A program made the translations under genes and the position numbers. From NCBI GenBank assembly GCA_964016885.1, contig OZ024752.1:13950001-14014000 (forward strand): 64,000 bases of DNA, given 5' to 3'. Shown here one piece after another: positions 1-11,600 of this stretch (the stretch's first letter is position 1; each line of letters begins with the position of its first letter). This DNA is from Eledone cirrhosa. Lineage: Eukaryota. A model generated the notes under the pieces. The model saw nothing but the letters and a program-made list of their open reading frames with translations. It had not been told where the DNA came from and ran no database searches.

Positions 1-142
1 TATATTAACAATTACCATATTCAATATGTACAACATGGTTCTTATTGGGTTACATAATAAATGGGGAAATATCAATCATATAATATAATACAATAATACA
101 ATAATACTAAAAAAAACTATATTGGTACAGGGAACAATTATG

Positions 143-277
143 ATGTTACAGAAAAAATATGTTGTTACAGAAAAAAATATGTTGTTACAGAAAAAATATA
201 TATAGACATCTAAAGTCTAAATACCATAATGTTACATACTACAATATTAAAATATTAAAATATTAAAATATTAAAAA
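143..277. repeat. Short tandem repeats in the presumed PLE 3' region
   Basis: About three copies of a ~20-bp unit (tgttacagaaaaaa(a)tatgt) at 143-200, and (aaaatatt)n at ~243-277. Confidence 0.75.
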
Positions 278-485
278 ATATAAATTAAAAATTAAAGAAT
301 ATATAAAGGTAATAACGTGTGTAATCTTATGTATACTAACAAGGTGTAATAGTGAAGACATAGATACGGTACAGTGGCTAAATGATTATGAGAGCTAGAA
401 TGAAGAGTCATCAAAAACCAATGTTAACAATAGTGTTGGCAAACAAAAGAACCCAAACAAAGAACTAAGTAATGGAATATATCTG

Positions 486-1271
486 CTAAAGGGTACGATT
501 TGTACTACTAGAACATTTGGGTTTATAGTAAAAGTAAGAATTAGAAATTGCATGGGGGCAAGAAGAGAATATCTCAGACTTTCTATTCAGTAAGGGTACG
601 CTAGAGAAAATAATAGAGTGTATCTCAAGTATACAGAGATTACAAAACTTACTATGTGCAGAAAGGTGGTTAGATCGTGCTACTAAGCTCCAGTTAAGGC
701 TATATGGTATACACGCTCCCTTAAGGTCCCAGATATAATGCGCTAGAGCGGTGGAATTCTTAAACCTAATATGCTTGAAGTTAGAGATATGAGAGTTAAA
801 CCTAGTCTTAAAGGTGTTTGAAGTAGATCCTATATATTTTCCTTTAGAGGAATTAGTTATAACCTCACAAGCATAGACTATGTTTTTAGAAAGGCAGTTA
901 CCGTTTAGAGGGCAGTTAGCACTCACTCTACAATTGCACTTCCGGGTGTTATTGGTTGGCTCAAGTGGTGATGTATTGCACCTAGGACCTCTATTAGATA
1001 AGGACTGTTCTGGTGGTAAAGCATTGTCCGATGCATTCAGGCTATTATTCTGCAGAGAGGAGAATCCATCCCTAATCTTCCTATTATTAGTGCTAGCTAA
1101 ATGAGAACTAATATTAGGGGTGGTAGAGAATGATAGTTTAATAACATTTTTATTAAAAATACCATGGTATTTGTGAGAAGGGGGGAAATGTTTCTCCAGG
1201 ATAGTGAAGAAAGACCTAGGCATATTAGTTGATACATCCTGGTTATATGGCGGGTTGAAATAAGTATTCAA
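486..1271 (-). pseudogene. Linker and GIY-YIG endonuclease part of the PLE ORF
   Basis: ORF track 261 aa: NIVYACEV...KYIGSTSNTFKTRFNSH...ALAHYIWDLK...CNLCILE. Separated from the RT part by one nonsense codon. Confidence 0.9.
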
Positions 1272-2240
1272 TCGCCTTCTATTTTTATTTTAATTTTTAT
1301 TCCTATCGACCCTACCTCTATCAAAAGTCACACCTTCAAGACCAGGGTTACTATCGGGAATATCTGAAGCCGCATTCATGGAATCAGCCATAATTACATT
1401 ATGCCTATTATCTGTTCTACCTCCAGTAGATCCACTGTTGTTCAGAGTCCCTACAAGAGGATTAAGGCCAATGAAAGGATTAGTAGGAGCAACATTACTA
1501 GAACAAGATCCAGCCAAACCAACACCAATGCGTGAGCGCACGGGGGGCTCGACTTGTCTCTTAGAGGTATTATATTTGTTACTACGAGTCCGGTGGGATA
1601 ACCTATGGGTGGGTTCAGATACTCCTATATAAGTTCTACGGTTACTAAGTTTGCTACTCGCATTCATAGCCATGTTATGTGATATAATGTTATTATTATT
1701 AAGAGTAAGCGGAGACTTTCTAAAGTTACTATTATTATAATTTATTTTACTAGAGTGACCTGAATTTGCTAGGGCGTTATTGTAGTACTCCGCATGCTCA
1801 TTAAAAGTTCCTATGTCCTTAGATAGTGTGGAAATCCTATTAGAAACGCCCTTAATTATAGAGTTTATCATAGACTTAGGGTGGTTAGAATTGGGGTTAA
1901 CATAAGAAAGAATTTCATTAGGCTTATGGAAGGGTTTAAAACTATTAGTGGCCAAGTCCAAAGTCACATCTAAAAAGTTAACCGCTCTATCATTTCTATC
2001 TATCGTGATTGAAAGGTTGTAGTTTTTAAAAAACTTATGAAGCTTCTTCTTATTACGTTCTACATTGTTGGTACTAGAGTTAATTATAAAAATGCATCAT
2101 CACGATATAGTCCGCCTACAAGGTGCGGGAAGGTAGCGTATAGTTCATTAAGGAGGAACAACCCAACAAGATCAGTAACCTGGGCCGAATCGCTCGAACC
2201 CATTGTAACGTCGAAATTATTGGGCGTGTTTTTACGGGTC
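486..2240 (-). mobile_element. Penelope-like retroelement (PLE), 5'-truncated RT plus C-terminal GIY-YIG endonuclease; Hydra-clade-like; disrupted ORF
   Basis: Manual minus-strand translation from 2239 gives FDVTMGSSDSAQVTDLVGLFLL...GGLYRDD (RT core). After a frameshift in the A5 run at 2088-2092 it continues VNFLDVTLDL...KPFHKPN...SNHP (thumb). An in-frame TAA at 1290-1292 is followed by YFNPPY...CNCRVSANCPL (CxCx5C), IVY...YIGST...FKTRFNSH (GIY-YIG) and KFCNLC. Confidence 0.92.
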
Positions 2241-2413
2241 CTTGTAAGACATTAGTGTATGTAAACTCCATATTCTTCAGAGTTTCTGGCTTGTATCTGC
2301 CGAAATTACCTCTTGTTGTTTTGATTGCCCTGATGAGTCCTTAATAGGACGAAACATTGTCGGCTAATAAAAACTTTTGAAGTATTAAAGGATTCTTTGT
2401 TTTACTCTCTTAA
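2241..2413 (+). mobile_element. Inverted pseudo-LTR fragment of the PLE
   Basis: Abuts the 5' truncation point of the minus-strand RT. Carries a hammerhead and AATAAA (2366-2371) on the opposite strand and ends in (TA)n. Inverted 5' pLTRs are an established PLE insertion structure. Confidence 0.75.
2324..2368 (+). ncRNA. Minimal type I hammerhead ribozyme
   Basis: Stem I gcc(2327-2329)/ggc(2362-2364); core CTGATGA 2330-2336; stem II gtcct-taat-aggac 2337-2350; GAAA 2351-2354; short stem III ac-att-gt; GTC cleavage triplet 2359-2361. Confidence 0.9.
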
Positions 2414-2438
2414 TATATGTGTATATATATATATGTTA

Positions 2439-2498
<60 letters not shown>

Positions 2499-2555
2499 GT
2501 ATATATATATATGTATATATATGTGTATATTTATATATGTATATATATATAGATG

Positions 2556-2608
<53 letters not shown>

Positions 2609-3740
2609 GTATATATATGTATATATGTATATATGTATATATATATGTATATATATGTATATATGTAAATATATGTATATATATATGTATATATATATAT
2701 ATGTATATATGTATATATATATATGTGTATATTTATATATGTATATATATGTATATATGTGTATATTTATATATGTATATTTATGTATATATGTATATAT
2801 ATACATGTATATATATGTGTATATTTATATATGTATATATATGTATGTATATATAGATGTATATATGTATATATATATATGTATATATATGTATATATAT
2901 ATGTATATATATGTTTCTATATATATATGTATATATATATATGTATATATATGGGTATATGTATATATATATATATGTGTATATATATATATGTGTATAT
3001 ATATATGTGTATATATATATATGTGTATATATATATGTGTATATATATATGTGTATATATATGTGTATATATATATGTATATATATATGTACATATATAT
3101 GTGTGTATATATATATGTGTATATATTTATGTGTATATATATATATGTATATATATATATATGTATATATATATGTACATATATATGTGTATATATATAT
3201 GTGTATATATATGTATATATATATGTATATATATATGTATATATATATTTATATATATGTATATATATATGTATATATATATATGTATATATATATGTAT
3301 ATATATATATGTATATATATATATGTATATATATATGTATATATATATGTATATATATATGTATATATATATGTATATATATATGTATATATATATATGT
3401 ATATATATATGTATATATATATATGTATATATATATGTATATATATGTATATATATATGTATATATATATGTATATATATATATGTATATATATATGTAT
3501 ATATATATGTATATATATATGTATATATATATGTATATATATATATGTATATATATATGTATATATATATATGTATATATATATGTATATATATATATGT
3601 ATATATATATATGTATATATATATGTATATATATATGTATATATATATATAGACATATGTATATATGTTATATATATATATATAGACATATGTATATATG
3701 TTTATATATATATATAGACATATGTATATATATATGTTTA
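2414..3740. repeat. (TA)n/(TATG)n compound microsatellite
   Basis: Direct reading; source of the YI-repeat pseudo-ORFs. Confidence 0.98.
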
Positions 3741-3909
3741 GTATTATGGATACTATTTATGGTTATGTATGTAATAAAACCTTTTATGTTATATATTTTT
3801 TATACAAACCCTAAATAGTGAAAGATAGTCATTAATTACAATCTTATTACCAGTAGATACATAGCTCAATGTAATAACATCGGTCGTTTTAAAGAGCAGT
3901 TATATAGAG

Positions 3910-4059
3910 ATTACAATAATCAAAGTTCAGTTTAAATCATTTATTTGCTTACAATTGTTTCCTCCAAATAGAGGTATGGAATTCTTCGGAGCAACTATTT
4001 AGTGGAGGAAACAATTGTAAGAAAATAAATGATTTCAACTGAACTTTGATTATTGTAAT
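3910..4059. repeat. 57-bp inverted repeat (fold-back), probable PLE pLTR remnant
   Basis: 3910-3966 is the reverse complement of 4003-4059 with 2 mismatches; 36-nt spacer. Confidence 0.9.
3945..3994 (-). ncRNA. Variant type I hammerhead ribozyme (CCGAAGA core)
   Basis: Minus strand reads TTGCT-CCGAAGA-a-ttcca-tacctctatt-tggag-GAAAC-aatt-GTA-AGCAA. Stem I ttgct/agcaa, palindromic stem III acaattgt, NUH triplet GTA, then AATAAA. Confidence 0.65.
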
Positions 4060-4156
4060 ATATATATAGACATATATATATATATATGTTTATATATATA
4101 TATAGACACATGTATATATATATATGTATATATATGTTTATATATATAAACATATG

Positions 4157-4253
<97 letters not shown>

Positions 4254-4928
4254 GTTTATATATATATATATATATATATAGACATATGTATATATATATA
4301 TATATGTATATATATATGTTTATATATATATATAGATATATGTATATATATATATGTATATATATATGTTTATATATATATAGACATATGTATATATATA
4401 TATATGTATATATATATATGTTTATATATATATATAGACATATGTATATATATATATGTATATATACATGTATATATGTATGTTTATATATATATATAGA
4501 CATATGTATATATATATGTATATATATATATGTATATATGTTTATATATATATATATAGACATATGTATATATATATGTTTATATATATAGACATATATA
4601 TATATATATATGTATATATATATGTATATATATATGTATATATATATGTATATATATATGTATATATATGTATATATATATGTATATATATATGTATATA
4701 TATATATGTATATATATATATATGTATATATATATATGTATATATATATATGTATATATATATGTATATATATATGTACATATATATGTATATATATATA
4801 TGCATATATATATGTATATATATATGTATATATATATATGTATATATGTATATATATATAGATATATATATATGTATATATATATGTATATATATATGTT
4901 TATATATATATATAGACATATATATAAG

Positions 4929-4973
<45 letters not shown>

Positions 4974-5072
4974 GTTTATATATATATATAGACATATATA
5001 TATATATATATATATGTTTATATATATATATAGACATATATATATGTATATATATATGTTTATATATATATA

Positions 5073-5125
<53 letters not shown>

Positions 5126-5306
5126 GTATATATATGTATATATATATATGTATATATATATGTATATATATATGTATATATATATATATATATATACATA
5201 TATGTATATATATATATGTATATATATATATATACATATATGTATATATATATATGTATATATACATATATGTATATATATATATGTATATATATATATA
5301 CATATA

Positions 5307-5343
<37 letters not shown>

Positions 5344-5344
5344 G

Positions 5345-5394
<50 letters not shown>

Positions 5395-5525
5395 CATACT
5401 CGATAACGAGGGGGCAGCCATCATATATATATATATATATATATACACATGTATCTACATACATGTATACATATATACATGTATATATATATGTATGTAT
5501 ATATACATGTATGTATATATATATA
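4060..5525. repeat. (TA)n compound microsatellite with an embedded 28-bp LINE 3' end
   Basis: Direct reading; interrupted at 5395-5422. Confidence 0.97.
5395..5422 (+). mobile_element. Extremely truncated RTE LINE 3' terminus
   Basis: catactcgataacgagggggcagccatc is identical to 6284-6311. Confidence 0.65.
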
Positions 5526-5962
5526 TGGAGAAAGACTGTATATGAGGGAAAAGTTGCCTTTGAGGCATCTCGAATCGCATACGAGAAAGTAAAGCGGGAC
5601 GTGAGGAAGGGTATTGCTGTTGCACTTCCAGACGGCGAGGGTCCTCCTATGGTGCTGACATGCAGCGTATGTGCGAGACTCTGCCTAAGCAAAGCTGGAC
5701 TCGAAAGTCATCTTCGCAGTCTTAAAGTAAGACCAGTGGTTGACTACCAGGCTGCTGTTGGAGATGCTACTCATCATGCTTGCCAAACATGTGGTAGAGA
5801 ATGTAAATCAGCAGGAGGGCTCAAGCGACATGCAAAAGTACATGAACTCCAACCACAACCGACTATTCCCAGTAAATGTTTTGGTTGCCGACTCTGTGCA
5901 AGACATTTTAGATCATTGGCTGGGCTAAAAAGCCACATTGGCTCGCAGCGCTGTTAGTTGCT

Positions 5963-6005
<43 letters not shown>

Positions 6006-6078
6006 GCTTATGTGTGTGCGTGTGTGTGTATATATATGTATATGTATATTATTATTGTTGTTGTCATTATTATTATTG

Positions 6079-6113
<35 letters not shown>

Positions 6114-6311
6114 GTTATTAATGTATGTGTGTGTGTATATGTGTGTGTGTATGTGTGTGTGTGTGTGTGTGTATATATGTATATGTATATATATATAGAT
6201 ATATATATATTTCTTTTTTTTTCTTTTTATTTATTTATTATTATTATTATTATTATATATGTTTTTTCTTCTCGTGCAATGGCCATACTCGATAACGAGG
6301 GGGCAGCCATC
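5526..6311 (+). mobile_element. RTE-clade LINE 3' end with three C2H2-like zinc fingers; 3' UTR interrupted by simple repeats
   Basis: [13 protein letters not shown]...KRDVRK followed by [22 protein letters not shown] and CRLC..GLKSH; stop at 5955-5957. The W-R...FE...KR..RK...C..C.R.C.S..GL.SH pattern is typical of RTE ORF C-termini. Terminal stem-loop segment at 6268-6311. Confidence 0.78.
5966..6260. repeat. (GT)n/(TTA)n/(TA)n compound microsatellite
   Basis: Direct reading. Confidence 0.95.
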
Positions 6312-6348
6312 GTATATATATATATATGCATTTTATATGTATATGCAT

Positions 6349-6402
<54 letters not shown>

Positions 6403-6735
6403 ATATATGTATATATATATATATATGTATGTATATATATATGTATATATATATTTTCATGTATGTATATATATTCATGTATGTACATATATATACATGT
6501 ATGTATATATATATGTATACATGTAGGTATATATATATGTATATGTATGTATATATATATATATATGTATGTATATATATGTGTATGTATATATATATAT
6601 GTGTATGTATATATATATATGTGTATGTATATATATATGTGTATGTATATATATATGTGTATGTATATATATGTGTGTATGTATATATATATGTGTATGT
6701 ATATATATATGTGTATGTATATATATATATGTATG

Positions 6736-6766
<31 letters not shown>

Positions 6767-7063
6767 GTATGTATATATATATATGTGTATATTTGTATGT
6801 ATATATATGTGTATATATGTATGTATATATATATGTGTATATATATGTACATATATATATAGATGTATGTACGTATATATACATGTATGTACTTATATAT
6901 ACATGTATGTATGTATATGTATATGCATATATATATGTTTGCATATATATATATATATGTGTATATGTATATATATATGTATGTATGTATATGTATATGC
7001 ATATATATATGCAAACACATATATATATGTGTATATGTATATATATGTATGTATATATATATG

Positions 7064-7099
<36 letters not shown>

Positions 7100-7111
7100 C
7101 ATATATATATG

Positions 7112-7155
<44 letters not shown>

Positions 7156-7215
7156 TGTATGTACATATATACATGTATGTATACATGTCTGTACATATAT
7201 ATACATGTATGTATG

Positions 7216-7256
<41 letters not shown>
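6312..7256. repeat. (TA)n/(TATG)n compound microsatellite
   Basis: Direct reading. Confidence 0.97.
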
Positions 7257-7260
<4 letters not shown>

Positions 7261-7687
7261 AAGAGAGAGCAATATTGAATATCAAAATGTAAATTACACT
7301 ACATGAATTTCCATTTTATAGTTATGGAAAGCTATTTTGCTACATTTACTTCTTTTGAAAAAATCGATGTTTTCCATTTAAAATAGTTTCACCATTTTAA
7401 TGACCTAATATTTTCATTGTGTAAAATAGAAATGCATTACATAAAATTTATTTTAATATCTTACCTAATATATTATTAAACACGTCGTACGGTTATAAAC
7501 TTGTTACTAAGCAACGATATATTATAAGCAAGCAATATCGCGTTTATATTGAGTGAAGCTTAGTAGAGTGGAGAAATTTGCATAAAATCCTGAGCGCATT
7601 CAAGAATGAACATAATTATTGCGCGAATTACATATCATAAATAAGTGAACATTTTCAAATCAGAGTAAACAAACCGTGGAAATTAAT

Positions 7688-7876
7688 AATTGTTTCTACG
7701 TTTGGCACAAGGCTAGCAATTATCCAGTATATTACTGGTACTTTATTTTATCGACCCCGTAATTTTGAAAGGCAAAGTTAACCTCGGCGGGATTTGAACT
7801 CAGAACGGCAAGGGCCGTAACTCTATGCGTCAAAGCATGACGTCAGACCCTCTACCGAAACTGCCGATCCACTGCC
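7688..7876 (-). mobile_element. tRNA-derived SINE, full length, with target-site duplication
   Basis: Minus strand has an A-box-like head, B box GAGTTCAAATCC and the body GCCTTTCA..CGGGGTCGATAAAATAAAGTACCAG shared with six other copies. Flanked by ccgtgga(a/c)attaataat at 7674-7690 and 7875-7891. Confidence 0.9.
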
Positions 7877-8652
7877 GTGGACATTAATAATATTGATTTA
7901 GAAGAATAATTAATGTTAGAAAAAATAGCTTCCCTTATTAATTATCGTCTTCAAATCTCGTACTCTTCAAATATATTTCCATAATTCTGGCGTCAATGAA
8001 AACAGATTATTAGATACGTATCGGGTTCAGTTTCTTCGCCTCCCACGTCCCAATAAATCGATGGTTTTGTGTTTAAATTAAAAGTCGATACAATTTTTCC
8101 ACGGGTTCAATTTATTTGTGGCCTCAGCTGGGCTTTTTAGTTTTAGGATTGTGAGAAATTGTTTAATTTGATACCTGTATGTATAACTATTCAATTCCAA
8201 TTACTTGCGACAAGCTAACTTTGATATGTAAAATTGGGTGTTTGCCGTGTATTCTAATATTTTGTTTGTGCCCCCTCCCTAACCTGAAGTGCCCCAAGTC
8301 CAAAAGTTTTAAATCCAGCCCTGGTTCAAAGTGAATTTCCTCAAATATTAATGTTTCTGGGGTGTGTGCAGCCTTTTTATGATAGGAAGAGGGTTAATAT
8401 GATACAGTAGGCTTTATTTGTTATGTGGTTTAATTTCCTCATTCAGGTTTTATTTTAGTGCTTTTGTCTGTTGTGTGGAATATGTATAACATTAATGTTG
8501 TTTTGTTGGGTCTTGGATATATATATGTGTTGTATTCTACGTGATTGCTGTTATGGATTATTGTGTCGTCTGGTGTTTGGGAAGAAGTATTTAGTTTGTA
8601 GTTATGTAGGATGTGAAATGATTAAGTTAATGGTGTAATAATGTTGGGTGTC

Positions 8653-11600
8653 GGTTAGGTAGGCTGTTCAGACAGCAAAGAAGCGGACATGAAAGGTTAG
8701 GTAGGCTGTTCAGACAGCAAAGAAGCGGACATGAAAGGTTAGGTAGGCTGTTCAGACAGCAAAGAAGCGGACATGAAAGGTTAGGTAGGCTGTTCAGACA
8801 GCAAAGAAGCGGACATGAAAGGTTAGGTAGGCTGTTCAGACAGCAAAGAAGCGGACATGAAAGGTTAGGTAGGCTGTTCAGACAGCAAAGAAGCAGCCAT
8901 GAAAGGTTAGGTAGGCTGCTCAGACAGCAAAGAAGCGGCCATGAAATGTTAGGTAGGCTGTTCAGACAGCAAAGAAGCAGCCATGAAAGGTTAGGTAGGC
9001 TGTTCAGACAGCAAAGAAGCGGACATGAAATGTTAGGTAGGCTGTTCAGACAGCAAAGAAGCAGCCATGAAATGTTAGGTAGGCTGTTCAGACAGCAAAG
9101 AAGCGGCCATGAAAGGTTAGGTAGGCTGTTCAGACAGCAAAGAAGCAGCCATGAAAGGTTAGGTAGGCTGTTCAGACAGCAAAGAAGCGGCCATGAAAGG
9201 TTAGGTAGGCTGTTCAGACAGCAAAGAAGCAGCCATGAAAGGTTAGGTAGGCTGTTCAGACAGCAAAGAAGCGGCCATGAAAGGTTAGGTAGGCTGTTCA
9301 GACAGCAAAGAAGCAGCCATGAAAGGTTAGGTAGGCTGTTCAGACAGCAAAGAAGCGGCCATGAAAGGTTAGGTAGGCTGTTCAGACAGCAAAGAAGCAG
9401 CCATGAAAGGTTAGGTAGGCTGTTCAGACAGCAAAGAAGCGGCCATGAAAGGTTAGGTAGGCTGTTCAGACAGCAAAGAAGCAGCCATGAAAGGTTAGGT
9501 AGGCTGTTCAGACAGCAAAGAAGCGGCCATGAAAGGTTAGGTAGGCTGTTCAGACAGCAAAGAAGGAGCCATGAAATGTTAGGTAGGCTGTTCAGACAGC
9601 AAAGAAGGAGCCATGAAATGTTAGGTAGGCTGTTCAGACAGCAAAGAAGCGGCCATGAAAGGTTAGGTAGGCTGTTCAGACAGCAAAGAAGCGGACATGA
9701 AAGGTAAGGTAGGCTGTTCAGACAGCAAAGAAGCGGCCATGAAAGGTTAGGTAGGCTGTTCAGACAGCAAAGAAGCAGCCATGAAAGGTTAGGTAGGCTG
9801 TTCAGACAGCAAAGAAGCGGACATGAAAGGTTAGGTAGGCTGTTCAGACAGCAAAGAAGCAGCCATGAAAGGTTAGGTAGGCTGTTCAGACAGCAAAGAA
9901 GCAGCCATGAAAGGTTAGGTAGGCTGTTCAGACAGCAAAGAAGCGGACATGAAAGGTTAGGTAGGCTGTTCAGACAGCAAAGAAGCGGACATGAAAGGTT
10001 AGGTAGGCTGTTCAGACAGCAAAGAAGCGGACATGAAAGGTTAGGTAGGCTGTTCAGACAGCAAAGAAGCGGACATGAAAGGTTAGGTAGGCTGTTCAGA
10101 CAGCAAAGAAGCGGCCATGAAAGGTTAGGTAGGCTGTTCAGACAGCAAAGAAGCGGCCATGAAATGTTAGGTAGGCTGTTCAGACAGCAAAGAAGCGGAC
10201 ATGAAAGGTTAGGTAGGCTGTTCAGACAGCAAAGAAGCGGCCATGAAAGGTTAGGTAGGCTGTTCAGACAGCAAAGAAGCGGCCATGAAATGTTAGGTAG
10301 GCTGTTCAGACAGCAAAGAAGCGGCCATGAAATGTTAGGTAGGCTGTTCAGACAGCAAAGAAGCAGCCATGAAAGGTTAGGTAGGCTGTTCAGACAGCAA
10401 AGAAGCAGCCATGAAAGGTTAGGTAGGCTGTTCAGACAGCAAAGAAGCAGCCATGAAAGGTTAGGTAGGCTGTTCAGACAGCAAAGAAGCGGCCATGAAA
10501 TGTTAGGTAGGCTGTTCAGACAGCAAAGAAGTGGACATGAAAGGTTAGGTAGGCTGTTCAGACAGCAAAGAAGCGGCAATGAAATGTTAGGTAGGCTGTT
10601 CAGACAGCAAAGAAGCGGACATGAAATGTTAGGTAGGCTGTTCAGACAGCAAAGAAGCGGACATGAAATGTTAGGTAGGCTGTTCAGACAGCAAAGAAGC
10701 GGACATGAAAGGTTAGGTAGGCTGTTCAGACAGCAAAGAAGCGGCCATGAAATGTTAGGTAGGCTGTTCAGACAGCAAAGAAGCGGCCATGAAATGTTAG
10801 GTAGGCTGTTCAGACAGCAAAGAAGCGGACATGAAATGTTAGGTAGGCTGTTCAGACAGCAAAGAAGCGGCCATGAAATGTTAGGTAGGCTGTTCAGACA
10901 GCAAAGAAGCGGCCATGAAATGTTAGGTAGGCTGTTCAGACAGCAAAGAAGCGGCCATGAAATGTTAGGTAGGCTGTTCAGACAGCAAAGAAGCGGACAT
11001 GAAATGTTAGGTAGGCTGTTCAGACAGCAAAGAAGCGGACATGAAAGGTTAGGTAGGCTGTTCAGACAGCAAAGAAGCGGCCATGAAATGTTAGGTAGGC
11101 TGTTCAGACAGCAAAGAAGCGGACATGAAATGTTAGGTAGGCTGTTCAGACAGCAAAGAAGCGGACATGAAAGGTTAGGTAGGCTGTTCAGACAGCAAAG
11201 AAGCGGACATGAAAGGTTAGGTAGGCTGTTCAGACAGCAAAGAAGCGGCCATGAAATGTTAGGTAGGCTGTTCAGACAGCAAAGAAGCGGACATGAAATG
11301 TTAGGTAGGCTGTTCAGACAGCAAAGAAGCAGCCATGAAAGGTTAGGTAGGCTGTTCAGACAGCAAAGAAGCGGCCATGAAATGTTAGGTAGGCTGTTCA
11401 GACAGCAAAGAAGCGGACATGAAATGTTAGGTAGGCTGTTCAGACAGCAAAGAAGCGGACATGAAAGGTTAGGTAGGCTGTTCAGACAGCAAAGAAGCGG
11501 CCATGAAATGTTAGGTAGGCTGTTCAGACAGCAAAGAAGCGGACATGAAATGTTAGGTAGGCTGTTCAGACAGCAAAGAAGCGGACATGAAAGGTTAGGT

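Noticed and set aside
2417-7292. Many YI/MY/CI-repeat ORFs (also 61187-62048 and 63040-63424)
   Set aside because: Translations of (TA)n/(TG)n microsatellites, which lack stop codons.
8268-8323. hAT MITE end (taaatccagccctg)
   Set aside because: Only one TIR-like end seen; no partner TIR or TSD identified.
8653-8694. Self-cleaving satellite (hammerhead in the 42-mer)
   Set aside because: Neither strand has a CUGANGA core correctly placed with GAAA and stems.
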